This document shows positions 29,677 through 40,168 of a DNA stretch of 64,000 nt, one piece after another (the stretch's first letter is position 1; each line of letters opens with the position of its first letter). Location: NCBI GenBank assembly GCA_965223155.1, contig CBDCVR010000014.1, forward strand, positions 576,001-640,000, written 5' to 3'. This DNA is from Candidatus Multivoradales bacterium. Its GTDB lineage: Bacteria > Acidobacteriota > Thermoanaerobaculia > Multivoradales > JAHEKO01. Under the pieces are notes generated by a model. The model was not told the DNA's origin. It saw nothing but the letters and a program-made list of their open reading frames with translations, and did no database searches. Position numbers and translations under genes: made by a program.

Positions 29677-31259
29677 CGGACCACCATGCCCGAGTCCTGC
29701 GAGGGCCCTCCTTCCTGGGAACGGCGCTCGGCGTCCTCCTCGCGGCCGCCGCCCTTACCGGCTGTGTTGCCGCCGCCGGCCCAGCAATCGAGACCTCGGT
29801 CGAGATCCCGGAGAGCTGGCCGCACCAGGCCGGCACGCCAGAAACCACCGAAACCGCCGAACCCATGGCCGCGACGGCGGACGATCCCTCCGGAAGCCCT
29901 GCACCCGAAATCCGCTCTTGGTGGTCGCGCTTCGAGGACGAATCCCTGGATCAAGTGATCCGGGGCACGCTCCACGCGAACCGCGACCTCGACGCCGCAG
30001 TCGCCCGGCTCGATGCCTCGCTCGCCCAGGCCCGTATGGCGGGCGCCGACTTGAAGCCTCAGATCGGTGCTTCGCTCGATGGCGCCCGGCGCCGACAGAA
30101 CTTCATCGGCTTGCCGATCCCGGGCGCCGAAGACTCGGTGCTGACCAACACTTCCACCACCCTTGCAGCGTCCCTCAACCTGACCTGGGAGGCCGACCTT
30201 TGGGGCCGGCTCGGAAGCCGCAAGAAGGCCGCGATCGAGCGCGCCCAGGCCGCAGCCGACGACCTCGAAGCCCTCGAGCTGTCGCTTTCGGGGCAGGCCG
30301 CCAAGGCCTGGTTCGGCGCTGTCGAAGCCGCTTGGCAGCGCGACCTCGCCGTCACCACGCTCGACAACCGGGAGCGGGTTCGGACGCGCATCGAGAATCG
30401 GTATCAGGCTGGTCTCAAGCCCGCGCTGGAGCTGCGATTGGCCCTGGCCGACGAAGCCGCGGCTGCCGCCGCGGTCGCAGGCCGCGAACGCGGGCTCGAG
30501 CTCGCCACCCGGCGCCTGGCGATCCTCTCCGGCCGGGCGCCCGAAGTGCTGGCCGTCCTGGAGGATCTCGACCGAGATAACGCGGCGCTGCCCGCGCCGC
30601 CACCGCCCCCCCTACCCGAGCTGCCGGCGGCGGTCTTGGCAGCGCGGCCGGATCTCGCGGCCTCCGAGCGGCGCCTGACGGCGTCCGGTCTCGATGTCAC
30701 GGAGGCGCGGGCGGCGCTCTACCCCCAGATCCGGCTGACCGCTTCGGCGGGCCGCACCAGCACCGAACTCAAGGATCTGCTGGACAGCGACTTTTCGGTC
30801 TGGAGCCTGGCGGCGGGGCTGTTGCAGCCCGTGGTTCAAGGCGGCCGCCTGCGGGCCAATGTCGATCGAGCCCGGGCACTTCAGCGCCAGGCGCTGGCCG
30901 AGCACGAGGGCCTGGTGCTGCGGGCATTGAGCGAGATTCAGGGCGAGTTGAGCGCCGGACTCCTGTTGGCCGCCCAACACGAAGCCGTCTCCCGGTCGGT
31001 AGCCGCGGCCGAAGCCGCCCGCGAGCTAGCCGAGGACCGCTACTTCTCGGGCCTTGCCGCCTACCTGACGGTCCTGGACTCCCAACGAAGCGCCACCGCG
31101 GCCGCCAGCGAGCTCCTGGCGACCGAGCGGCGCCTCCTCGAGCAACGCGTCGACCTCTATCTGGCTCTCGGCGGCAGCGCCTACCGGCCACGACCGGAAC
31201 CGGTCCAGAGCGTTCGTCTCCCGGCCGGCGTCGCCCGCCCCATCGGAGTGTTCCAATGA
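29673..31259 (+). CDS. Efflux outer-membrane factor lipoprotein (OprM/NodT family)
   Basis: Lipobox LTGC; WWSRFEDESL, WEADLWGRL, RPDLAASERRL, LYLALGG. Confidence 0.92.
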   Translation: MTDHHARVLRGPSFLGTALGVLLAAAALTGCVAAAGPAIETSVEIPESWPHQAGTPETTETAEPMAATADDPSGSPAPEIRSWWSRFEDESLDQVIRGTLHANRDLDAAVARLDASLAQARMAGADLKPQIGASLDGARRRQNFIGLPIPGAEDSVLTNTSTTLAASLNLTWEADLWGRLGSRKKAAIERAQAAADDLEALELSLSGQAAKAWFGAVEAAWQRDLAVTTLDNRERVRTRIENRYQAGLKPALELRLALADEAAAAAAVAGRERGLELATRRLAILSGRAPEVLAVLEDLDRDNAALPAPPPPPLPELPAAVLAARPDLAASERRLTASGLDVTEARAALYPQIRLTASAGRTSTELKDLLDSDFSVWSLAAGLLQPVVQGGRLRANVDRARALQRQALAEHEGLVLRALSEIQGELSAGLLLAAQHEAVSRSVAAAEAARELAEDRYFSGLAAYLTVLDSQRSATAAASELLATERRLLEQRVDLYLALGGSAYRPRPEPVQSVRLPAGVARPIGVFQ

Positions 31260-32449
31260 CGAAGAAGCTGAAGATTCTGGCACCCGTTCTCGCTCTCGCC
31301 GGCGGGCTGCTGCTGGCGGCCCTCATCGTGCGGGCCAAACCGCCGGTCGAGCGCGTGGCGGCCGAGGTCGCGGCGCCGCTGGTGCGGGTCGTGAGCGTCG
31401 AGAGCGTAGACCTGCCGCTGGCGGTTACCGCTCAGGGCACCGTGGCTCCGGCCACCCGGACCGTGCTGGCCGCCCAGGTACCGGCCCGGGTGACGTGGGT
31501 CTCACCGCGCCTCGCCGAGGGCAGCTTCTTTCGCCGCGGCGAGCACCTGATGCGCTTGGATTCCGCCGATTTCGAGCTGGCCGTGACCCAGGCCGAAGCG
31601 CGCCTGGCGCGAGCGCAGCTCGGACTCGACCGTGAAGAGGCCGAGTCCCGCATGGCCCGCGAGGAGTGGACCGAGCTGGGTCGGGGCGAGCCCGACGCCC
31701 TAGTCTTGCGGGCCCCCCAACTGGCCGAGGCGCAAGCCGAGATCAAAGCCGCGCAGGCGGCCCTCGATCAAGCCCGGCTACAGCTCGCGCGGACAACCGC
31801 CCGGGCTCCCTTTGCCGGCCGCGTGGAACGCAAGCTGGCCGACGTCGGCCAATACGTCGCCCCCGGAACTCCGCTGGCCGAGGTCTTTGGCACGGACCGG
31901 GCCGAAATCGAGCTCAAGGTCTCCCAGGCGGACCTGCGCTTCCTGGACGTGCCGATCGGCAAGCCCGACGAGGACCAGGCAATCCCGGCGCTCTTGACCG
32001 CCGATCTCGCCGGCGCAAGCCATGCCTGGCCGGGACGGGTCGTCCGCACCGGCAGCCGCATCGATCCGGCGACCCGAATGCTGACCCTGATCGCGGTCGT
32101 GGACGACCCGTATGGCCTACGCTCGGATGACATCGAACCCCTGCCCATGGGCCTCTTCGTCGATGCCGAGATCGAGGGTCGCGTCGCTCGAAGCGTGATC
32201 GTGCTGCCGCGCTCGGCCCTTCGCGCGGGAGATCGCGTCCTGGTCGTGGACGGCGACAGCCGCCTGCGCTTCCGGGACGTCGAAGTTCTGCGTCTCGACG
32301 CCGATCAGGCCGTCGTCTCCTCCGGATTGAGCGACGGCGAAGAGGTCTGCGTTTCCCCGCTGACTGCGGCGGTGGACGGCATGCTGGTACGGGCACGGTC
32401 CGAATCCACGCCCCCGGCCGCGCCCGCGATCGCCGAGGACTTGTCGTGA
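31256..32449 (+). CDS. RND efflux periplasmic adaptor (MFP)
   Basis: N-terminal TM; QGTVAP, RTTARAPFAGRV, DVGQYV, IDPATRM, LPRSALR. Confidence 0.93.
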   Translation: MTKKLKILAPVLALAGGLLLAALIVRAKPPVERVAAEVAAPLVRVVSVESVDLPLAVTAQGTVAPATRTVLAAQVPARVTWVSPRLAEGSFFRRGEHLMRLDSADFELAVTQAEARLARAQLGLDREEAESRMAREEWTELGRGEPDALVLRAPQLAEAQAEIKAAQAALDQARLQLARTTARAPFAGRVERKLADVGQYVAPGTPLAEVFGTDRAEIELKVSQADLRFLDVPIGKPDEDQAIPALLTADLAGASHAWPGRVVRTGSRIDPATRMLTLIAVVDDPYGLRSDDIEPLPMGLFVDAEIEGRVARSVIVLPRSALRAGDRVLVVDGDSRLRFRDVEVLRLDADQAVVSSGLSDGEEVCVSPLTAAVDGMLVRARSESTPPAAPAIAEDLS

Positions 32450-35400
32450 ACGGCGCCATTCGCTGGTTCGCCAAGAACGGCGTCGCCGCCAACCTGCTGA
32501 TGGTGTTCATCATCGCCACCGGCCTCTTGACGATCCCGCGCATCAGGCAGGAGGTCTTTCCCGAGTTCTCCATCGACATGATTCAGATCGCCGTGCCGTA
32601 TCCGGGAGCCGCGCCTGAGGAGGTGGAAGAGGGGGTGGTGGTGCGCGTCGAGGAGGCGATTCAGGATCTCGAGGGCGTCGATACGCTGCGCTCGACCTCG
32701 GCCGAGAACATGGGCGTGGTGCTGGTCGAGGCGCTCGACGGCGCCGACCTGGAGCGGCTCCTGAACGACGTCAAGTCCCGCGTTGACGCCATCGACACGT
32801 TTCCGCTGGAGGCTGAAGAGCCGGTCGTCGAGGAGATCATCCGCCGCACCCAAGTCATCGAGGTGGCGATCTCCGGCCCCGCCGATGAGCGCACCCTGAA
32901 AGCCCTCGGCGAGCGCGTCCGGGACGACCTTTCGAACGTGCCCGAGATCACCCAGGTGGAGCTCGTGGCCGCGCGCCCCTACGAGATTGCGGTCGAGGTC
33001 TCCGAGACCGACCTGCGCCGCTACGGACTTACCTTTGACGAGGTCGCGGCCGCGGTCCGGCGATTCTCCATTGACCTGCCCGGTGGCAGGATCCGGAGCA
33101 GCGACGGTGAAATCCTGCTGCGCACCGAAGGTCAGGCCTACGTCGGACGAGAGTTCGAGGCGCTGACCCTGCGCACGCTGGAGGACGGCACGCAGCTTCG
33201 CCTGGGCCAGATCGCCAACGTCGTCGACGGCTTCGCCGACGCCGACAAGTGGGCCCGATTCAACGGTCAGCCGGCGGTTCTCGTCCAGGTCTTCCGGGTC
33301 GGCGACCAGAGCGCGCTCAGCGTCGCCAACGCGGTCAAGAGCTACATCCAGGACAAGCAGCCGCAGATGCCCGCGGGCATTCGCCTGGAAGCCTGGAAGG
33401 ACGACACCGTGATCCTGCGCAGCCGGCTCGATCTTCTCAAGCGCAACGGCCTGGCCGGCTTCGCCCTGGTGCTCCTGGTCCTGGCCCTGTTCCTGAAGCT
33501 CCGGCTGTCGGGCTGGGTCGCCTTAGGCATTCCGATTTCGTTTCTGGGCGCCGTCATTCTGATGCCCACGACCGACGTCAGCGTCAACTTGATCTCACTG
33601 TTTGCTTTCATCGTGGTACTGGGCATCGTCGTTGACGACGCCATCATCGTCGGCGAGAACATCTACACTGAGTTCGAGTCCGGCAAGGTCGAGCTCGAGG
33701 CCGCGGTCGAGGGGGCGACGAGCGTCGCCAAGCCCGTGGTCTTCGCCGTCCTCACCAGCATCGCGGCCTTCGCTCCGCTGCTCTTGGTGACTGGACCGTT
33801 CGGCAAGATCATGCGCGTCATCCCGATCATCGTGATCTCGACCTTGCTGTTCTCGCTGATCGAGTCTCTTCTGATTCTGCCCCACCATCTGTCTCATCTC
33901 CGTCCCGCGAAATCCGAGGCCAGGGGCTTCTGGAGCCGGCTTCAGGAGCGCTTGGCTAAAGGGCTTCAGTTCCTGATCGAGCGCAGCTACCGGCCGACCC
34001 TGCGCTGGGCCTTGCGCTGGCGGTACCTGACCGTGGCCCTGGGACTCGCCGGCCTGATGCTCACCTTCGCGGTCATCCGGGGCGGCTGGGTCAAGTTCAA
34101 CTTCTTGCCCAACGTCGAGGCCGACAACGCGGTCGCGATGTTGACCATGCCGCAGGGCACGCCGGCCGAAGTGACCGCTCTCGCGGTCGAGCGCATCGAG
34201 ACCGCCGCTCTGGAGCTGGCGGCCGAGCTCGACCAGGGCGAGGGCAGCGCCATCCGCCACGTCTTGACCTCGGTCGGCGATCAGCCCTTCCGCACCTTGC
34301 AGTCGCGCGGCGTCGCCGGCGACAGCGGCAGCTTCGACGCCCCGCACCTGGGCGAGGTCACGCTCGAGCTGATGCCGGCCGAGACGCGCTCAATCACCTC
34401 GCCCGAGATCGCCGACCGCTGGCGGCAGAAGGTGGGTGAGATCCCTGACGCGGTCGAGCTCATCTATAGCTCGTCGCTATTTACCGCCGGCGAGGCGGTC
34501 AATGTGGAGCTCTTCGGCCCAAGGCTGGACGAGCTCGCCCAGGTGGCCGAGAAACTCAAGACGGAGCTGCGCGCCTATCCCGGCACCCGCGACATCGCCG
34601 ATTCGTTCCGGGCCGGCAAACGCGAGATCGAGCTCGAGCTCACCGCCGAGGGAGCGCTGGCCGGCCTGACCCAGGCGGACCTCGCGCGCCAGGTGCGTCA
34701 GGCCTTCTTCGGTGAGGAAGCGCAGCGAATCCAACGCGGTCGCGATGACGTCAAGGTCATGGTCCGGTTCCCGGCCGCAAACCGCCGCTCGCTCGCCGAC
34801 CTCGAGACTATGCGCATCCGGACTCCGACCGGCGGCGCCGTGCCGCTGTCCACCGCAGCCGAGATCCAGCTCAGCAGGGGTCCTGCCTCGATCCAGCGCA
34901 CCAACCGCAACCGGGTTCTGAACGTCACGGCCGACGTCGACGCGAACGTCGCCAACGCCACCGAGATCGTCAACGACCTGGCAACATCCGTCCTGCCTTC
35001 CATCCTGGCCGATCACCCGGACGTTCGCTTCTCTTTCGAGGGAGAGCAGGAGGAACAACGCAGCGTGCTCTCGGAGCTGGGCCGCGGCTTTACTCTGGCG
35101 CTACTGGTGATCTACGGGCTGCTGGCCATTCCGTTCCGCTCGTATCTCCAGCCCCTGATCGTCATGAGCGCGATCCCCTTCGGCCTCATCGGCGCGGTCT
35201 TCGGCCACGTGGTGATGGGCCTCGATCTCGCGATCCTGTCGATGTTCGGCATCGTCGCCCTGACCGGCGTCGTGGTCAACGACAGCCTGGTCTTGGTGGC
35301 CTTCATCAACCGGGCGACCCGCCAGGGCGAGACCATTCGGCAAGCGATTCAATCCGCCGGAGTGGCGCGCTTTCGACCGATCCTCTTGACCTCGCTGACC

Positions 35401-35619
35401 ACGTTCGCAGGACTCACACCGCTACTTCTCGAACGCAGCGTCCAGGCCCAGTTCCTGGTGCCGATGGCGGTCTCGTTGGCCTTCGGCGTCCTCTTTGCTA
35501 CATTCATCTCGCTTCTCTTGGTCCCGGCTCTCTACGCGATCGTGGAGGACGTCAAAGACGCGGTAGGCCGCTGGCTCGCCGCCGTCCGCGGCTCCCAGGT
35601 CGAGGAGGCTTCGACCTAA
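32446..35619 (+). CDS. RND efflux permease (AcrB/AcrD/AcrF family)
   Basis: 1057 aa; LGIVVDDAIIVGEN, GVVVNDSLVLV, RFRPILLTSLTT. Confidence 0.96.
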   Translation: MNGAIRWFAKNGVAANLLMVFIIATGLLTIPRIRQEVFPEFSIDMIQIAVPYPGAAPEEVEEGVVVRVEEAIQDLEGVDTLRSTSAENMGVVLVEALDGADLERLLNDVKSRVDAIDTFPLEAEEPVVEEIIRRTQVIEVAISGPADERTLKALGERVRDDLSNVPEITQVELVAARPYEIAVEVSETDLRRYGLTFDEVAAAVRRFSIDLPGGRIRSSDGEILLRTEGQAYVGREFEALTLRTLEDGTQLRLGQIANVVDGFADADKWARFNGQPAVLVQVFRVGDQSALSVANAVKSYIQDKQPQMPAGIRLEAWKDDTVILRSRLDLLKRNGLAGFALVLLVLALFLKLRLSGWVALGIPISFLGAVILMPTTDVSVNLISLFAFIVVLGIVVDDAIIVGENIYTEFESGKVELEAAVEGATSVAKPVVFAVLTSIAAFAPLLLVTGPFGKIMRVIPIIVISTLLFSLIESLLILPHHLSHLRPAKSEARGFWSRLQERLAKGLQFLIERSYRPTLRWALRWRYLTVALGLAGLMLTFAVIRGGWVKFNFLPNVEADNAVAMLTMPQGTPAEVTALAVERIETAALELAAELDQGEGSAIRHVLTSVGDQPFRTLQSRGVAGDSGSFDAPHLGEVTLELMPAETRSITSPEIADRWRQKVGEIPDAVELIYSSSLFTAGEAVNVELFGPRLDELAQVAEKLKTELRAYPGTRDIADSFRAGKREIELELTAEGALAGLTQADLARQVRQAFFGEEAQRIQRGRDDVKVMVRFPAANRRSLADLETMRIRTPTGGAVPLSTAAEIQLSRGPASIQRTNRNRVLNVTADVDANVANATEIVNDLATSVLPSILADHPDVRFSFEGEQEEQRSVLSELGRGFTLALLVIYGLLAIPFRSYLQPLIVMSAIPFGLIGAVFGHVVMGLDLAILSMFGIVALTGVVVNDSLVLVAFINRATRQGETIRQAIQSAGVARFRPILLTSLTTFAGLTPLLLERSVQAQFLVPMAVSLAFGVLFATFISLLLVPALYAIVEDVKDAVGRWLAAVRGSQVEEAST

Positions 35620-35634
35620 CCGGAGCCAGCGCAC

Positions 35635-37050
35635 ATGACGCCGCACGGCAGACGAGCGACCGACGCCCTGCTCGCCGTTGACGGCGTGCTCGAAACCTAC
35701 CTGCAGAACACCGAGCTGGGTGGCCGGCGCATGGCCAACCTAGCCGCCACCATTGCCATCGAGAACTCGGGCGCCGCCGAGGGCTCGTTGCTCCTGGACC
35801 AGGGGCAGGGCCTGGAGGCGGTCTTCGCCATCCGCGAGGATCTGTCGCCGGCCACTGGCGGCGGCGGGCCGGATGCCAACACTCTGAACCGGCTGCTCGA
35901 GACCGCGGAGCCGGTGGCCGACGGCGACAGCCTGGCCGTTCCGATCCTGGTCGAACGGACCGTCCGCGGGGTCTTGTACCTAAAAAGCTTTCGCTCGCCA
36001 CCAGGCAAGCTAGCGCGCAACCTCGCGAACCGAGCGGTGGGACGGATCGCCACGCTCTTGCAAAACGCCGAGCTGGTCGAAGCTCTGGACCGCAGCCAGG
36101 CGGACCTGGAAGTCCTGGCCCGCCTCACCGAGACGCTGTCCTCCGGTCGCTTGACCGCGCCGCAACTGGATGTGGCGGTGGGCGACCTGGCGCGATCCAC
36201 CGGAGACAGCTCGGCGGCGATCGTCCTCTTCGGCCCGGACGGAAGCCTGGAATCGAGTCATCTCGCGGGGGTGCGCGACGAAACCCTCGCGCGGCAGCTT
36301 GCCGAGGCCGACTCCGGCACGATCGATAGCCTCCGGCGGGCACTGCCGGAGCCGGCCCTCGTCTCGGTCCTCCAGTCCGAGGAGAAGGCCGCAACCCAGC
36401 CCACGCCGGCAGGCTTGGTCTGCGCGTTTCGCGCGAGCCCGGCCTACCGGCCGGCCGAGTCGTCATTTTTCCAGGCCTTCACCCATCTTCTCAGCGGCAC
36501 GCTGGCTCGGCACCGGTACTTCCGCCAAGCGGCGCGCGACGCGCTGACCGGCACTGGATCCAGGATGGCGCTCCAGCTTCAGCTCGCCGACGCCGAAGAC
36601 CGGAGCCGGACCACGGAACTCCCGTACTCCCTCCTCCTGGTGGACGTCGATCATTTCAAGACGGTCAACGACACCCTCGGTCATCTGGTCGGTGACCGGG
36701 TGCTTCGAACGGTCGCGAAGACCCTGCGCGGGCGGCTGCGGGCACTCGACACCATCGCTCGCTATGGCGGCGACGAGTTCGTCATCCTGCTGCCCGACAC
36801 TCCGCTCGAGGCTGCCGCCGAGCTCGCCAACGAGCTCACCCGGCTGGTCCGGGACCTGCCGATCGCGGTGCTTCCGGAGGGCATCTCGCTCTCCATCGGA
36901 GTCGCCGACTCGGCCGGTGTTCGAGACACCGAGGAGCTGATGCGCCGGGCCGACTCGGCCCTCTACCGGGCCAAGGCCGAGGGACGCAACCGAGCGACTG
37001 CCTACGACCCCGAGATGGATACCGGCTCCGACCCGGAAGGGCCGGGCTAG
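35635..37050 (+). CDS. GAF-like plus GGDEF diguanylate cyclase
   Basis: [24 protein letters not shown]-site [25 protein letters not shown]. Confidence 0.9.
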   Translation: MTPHGRRATDALLAVDGVLETYLQNTELGGRRMANLAATIAIENSGAAEGSLLLDQGQGLEAVFAIREDLSPATGGGGPDANTLNRLLETAEPVADGDSLAVPILVERTVRGVLYLKSFRSPPGKLARNLANRAVGRIATLLQNAELVEALDRSQADLEVLARLTETLSSGRLTAPQLDVAVGDLARSTGDSSAAIVLFGPDGSLESSHLAGVRDETLARQLAEADSGTIDSLRRALPEPALVSVLQSEEKAATQPTPAGLVCAFRASPAYRPAESSFFQAFTHLLSGTLARHRYFRQAARDALTGTGSRMALQLQLADAEDRSRTTELPYSLLLVDVDHFKTVNDTLGHLVGDRVLRTVAKTLRGRLRALDTIARYGGDEFVILLPDTPLEAAAELANELTRLVRDLPIAVLPEGISLSIGVADSAGVRDTEELMRRADSALYRAKAEGRNRATAYDPEMDTGSDPEGPG

Positions 37051-37061
37051 AATCGCTTTCG

Positions 37062-37856
37062 ATGCGGCAGTACCTCGAGCTTCTGGACAGGGCGCTCACA
37101 GAGGGCGTCGAGCGGCCCGACCGCACCGGTACCGGCACCCTGGCCGTTTTCGGCCACCAGATGCGCTTCGATCTCGCCGACGGCTTTCCGGCACTGACGA
37201 CCAAGAAGCTCCATCTGCGCTCGATTCTCCACGAGCTCCTGTGGTTCCTGGCTGGCGATACCAACGTCAAGTACCTGAACGACAATGGCGTCCGCATCTG
37301 GAACGAGTGGGCGGACGACAACGGAGAGCTGGGGCCGATCTACGGCGCGCAGTGGCGCTCCTGGCGCACCGCCCAGGGCGGATCGATCGACCAGATCGAG
37401 CATCTCGTCACCGCGCTTCGTGAGGATCCGTACTCCCGGCGCCATATCGTCAGCGCTTGGAACGTCGGCGAGCTCGAGCGCATGGCCTTGCCACCCTGCC
37501 ACACCATATTCCAGTTCTTCGTCGCCGGCGGCCGGCTCTCGTGCCAGCTCTACCAGCGCAGCGGCGATGTCTTTCTGGGGGTACCGTTCAACATCGCCTC
37601 CTATGCGCTGCTCACCATGATGCTGGCCCAGGTCGTCGACCTCGAGCCCGGCGACTTCGTTCTGACGCTGGGGGACGCCCACCTCTACGCCAATCACCTG
37701 GACCAGGCCCGCACCCAACTCGAGCGCACGCCGCGCGCTCTTCCCAAGATGTGGATCAACCCCAACGTGGGGTCGATCTTTGCCTTCGGCCCAGACGACT
37801 TCGAACTCGTGGACTACGATCCGCATCCCCACATCAAAGCGCCGATCGCGGTGTGA
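37062..37856 (+). CDS. thyA: Thymidylate synthase
   Basis: [45 protein letters not shown]. Confidence 0.99.
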   Translation: MRQYLELLDRALTEGVERPDRTGTGTLAVFGHQMRFDLADGFPALTTKKLHLRSILHELLWFLAGDTNVKYLNDNGVRIWNEWADDNGELGPIYGAQWRSWRTAQGGSIDQIEHLVTALREDPYSRRHIVSAWNVGELERMALPPCHTIFQFFVAGGRLSCQLYQRSGDVFLGVPFNIASYALLTMMLAQVVDLEPGDFVLTLGDAHLYANHLDQARTQLERTPRALPKMWINPNVGSIFAFGPDDFELVDYDPHPHIKAPIAV

Positions 37857-37869
37857 GGCGAGCCCATCG

Positions 37870-38394
37870 ATGAAGGTTTCGATCCTCGTCGCCATGGCCG
37901 CCAACGGCGTCATCGGACAGGACAACGGCCTGCCCTGGAAACTCTCGGCCGACCTCAAGCGCTTCAAGGCCCGCACTCTGGGTCATCACCTCCTCATGGG
38001 CCGCAAGACGTACGAGTCGATCGGACATCCCCTGCCGGGGCGCACGACGATGGTCTTGAGCCGGGGAGCCCCCTCGCTACCCGAAGGAGTCGAGCTCGCA
38101 TCCAGTCTCGAAGAGGCGCTCGAGACCGCCCGAAGTCGGGGCGAGACCGAGGCCTTCGTGGCCGGCGGCGCCGAGGTCTACCGCGGCGCCCTCGGGCTCG
38201 CCGACTGTCTCTACCTGACCCGGCTGGAGAATCCGTTCGAGGGCGACACCCGCTTCCCGCCCTGGTCGCCCGAGGACTGGCGCCTGACCGCGGTCGAGAC
38301 CTGCCCCAACCGCCCGGGCGAGCCCGAGGCGGTCTTCGAAACCTGGCTCCGCCGCTCCTCGAACGAGGCGAACCCAGGCGGCTCCGGCCGGTAG
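37870..38394 (+). CDS. folA: Dihydrofolate reductase
   Basis: VAMAANGVIG...LPWKLSADLKRFK, MGRKTYESIG, LPGR, VAGGAEVY, EGDTRFP. Start re-called at ATG 37870. Confidence 0.96.
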   Translation: MKVSILVAMAANGVIGQDNGLPWKLSADLKRFKARTLGHHLLMGRKTYESIGHPLPGRTTMVLSRGAPSLPEGVELASSLEEALETARSRGETEAFVAGGAEVYRGALGLADCLYLTRLENPFEGDTRFPPWSPEDWRLTAVETCPNRPGEPEAVFETWLRRSSNEANPGGSGR

Positions 38395-38401
38395 CGGGCT
38401 C

Positions 38402-39586
38402 TCAGAAAGCGCGCCCGAGCGCGAAGTGAACGGCCAGGTCCGGGCCGTTCTCGAAGTGCACGAAGTTCTCGGTGACCGCGGCCGAGACCTCGTAGGACGA
38501 GCCCACCAGCAGGTGGAAGCCAACGCTCAGCTGGAAGGCAAGCTCCTCCAAGTCGTCGATCTCGGAGCTTCGGAAGGGCGTCTCGAACAGAATGCCCTGG
38601 ATGACCCAGGTTGCCTGGGTCCCGATGCGACGCTCGTGGCCCGCATAGATCGCCGGCAGCACCTCGGAGCCCACGCCCAGAAGCCGTGAGGCCGACGCGC
38701 GGCGCAGATGGCCGCCCAGAAAGTTGCAGGAGCGTTGGCGGCAGCCCAACCACATCGCCTGGAACGCACCCTCGGCCGATCCGGTGGCGGCCAGGGTGTC
38801 GTCTCCGGCAAGCGGAATCTTGACCGACGCCTCGGCGATCAGCCTCCCGCCACCCCCGAGCTCGTAGCCCTTGCGCACGGCGAGCTCCGGATCCACCAGT
38901 CCGAACGAGGACCGGGTGGCAGGAAACAGCACCGAGCCGCCGCGCTCGAGAAAGGCCAGCGTCTCACCGCGCCGGACTCCCAAACGACCGTCCTGATCCG
39001 CCCCGACCACGCGGTGAAAGGCCTCGAGGAAGCGATCCATCACACCGCCGTTGATCTCGAGCGCCGACACCGTCAGCTCGAGCTCGTAGCCGCGGCGCAA
39101 TCCGCGCCGCAACCGCAACTCGGTGCGCAGAGTCTCCCCATCGAACAGGAAGAGCGGATCCATGACCCCCATCTTGCGTTGGGCTTCGGCGGCCTCGGCG
39201 AAGACCGCCGGCAGCACCGGCAGCCGCGCATCGCGCATCTCGAGAGCCTGCTGCACCGAGCGCGAGCGAGCGAAGGTATTGCCCATCGAGGCCGACAACC
39301 CAAAATGCCAGCGCCCTTCCTCCAGGACGCCGCCGGGCAGAGGCCGCACCGGCTGCAGGCCGGCGGTCGGTAGGAACTGGTCCGCGAACCGGAGCGGCCC
39401 GGAAAAGCGAGAGGCGTCCTCGCTCCCGACCGGGGCCGGCCCGTCGGCACGCTCGTCGGCCGACTTCTGGCTGAGCTCGCGCGAGACCTCGGCCAGGACC
39501 GGAGCGGCCAGGGCCAGCGCCCATGCGGCCGCCAGCAGCGCGGGAAGCCGCCGGCCGGGCGGCCGAGCTGTGTCGCGACTCTTCAC
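38402..39586 (-). CDS. DUF3187-like outer-membrane beta-barrel protein
   Basis: Signal peptide; FDGETLR, GGVMDRFLEAFH, TENFVHFENGPD; C-terminal F. Confidence 0.7.
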   Translation of the reverse strand: MKSRDTARPPGRRLPALLAAAWALALAAPVLAEVSRELSQKSADERADGPAPVGSEDASRFSGPLRFADQFLPTAGLQPVRPLPGGVLEEGRWHFGLSASMGNTFARSRSVQQALEMRDARLPVLPAVFAEAAEAQRKMGVMDPLFLFDGETLRTELRLRRGLRRGYELELTVSALEINGGVMDRFLEAFHRVVGADQDGRLGVRRGETLAFLERGGSVLFPATRSSFGLVDPELAVRKGYELGGGGRLIAEASVKIPLAGDDTLAATGSAEGAFQAMWLGCRQRSCNFLGGHLRRASASRLLGVGSEVLPAIYAGHERRIGTQATWVIQGILFETPFRSSEIDDLEELAFQLSVGFHLLVGSSYEVSAAVTENFVHFENGPDLAVHFALGRAF

Positions 39587-39590
39587 GAGC

Positions 39591-40079
39591 TCAGGCGCTC
39601 AAATGCTCGAGCACCGCGGCGGCGCTCGACACGCCCACGTCGCGACCCGCTTCGACTCCCAGATACTCGACCACGCCGTCCCGGCTCACCAGGGCGAAGC
39701 GCCGCAGCCGGCGGCCCATGCCGGCGATCTCGAGATCCAGCTCGAGACCGGCGGCCCGCGCCAGCTCGCCGTTGCCGTCGGCCCAGAAGAGCACGTGGCC
39801 AGCGGCACCGGTCTGCCGCCCCCAAGCGGCCATGACGTCGGCGTCGTTCACCGAGACACAGGCGATCTCGTCGGCGCCCGCAGCCCTGAGCGCGTCTGCC
39901 TGAGCCAGGAAGCCCGGCAGGTGCACGTCCGAGCAGGTCGAGGTGAAGGCTCCCGGGACACCGAACAGGGCCAACGTCTTGCCGGCCCCGAGCTCGGCCA
40001 ACGAGGCCTTCCGGACACCTTCTTCCGTTCTCCACCGAACGTCGACATCCGGCAGACGATCCCCTACAGCAATGCTCAT
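39591..40079 (-). CDS. Peroxiredoxin, Prx5/redoxin type
   Basis: GVPGAFTSTCSDVHLPGF, CVSVNDADVM, ADGNGE. Start re-called at ATG 40079. Confidence 0.93.
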   Translation of the reverse strand: MSIAVGDRLPDVDVRWRTEEGVRKASLAELGAGKTLALFGVPGAFTSTCSDVHLPGFLAQADALRAAGADEIACVSVNDADVMAAWGRQTGAAGHVLFWADGNGELARAAGLELDLEIAGMGRRLRRFALVSRDGVVEYLGVEAGRDVGVSSAAAVLEHLSA

Positions 40080-40168
40080 CAGCGACCTCCAGATTCCGCA
40101 CCGAACAGCGCGCAAACCTATCAAATCGAGTTTGCGTACCGGCACCGCTCAGCCGATAGAATCCGCCG

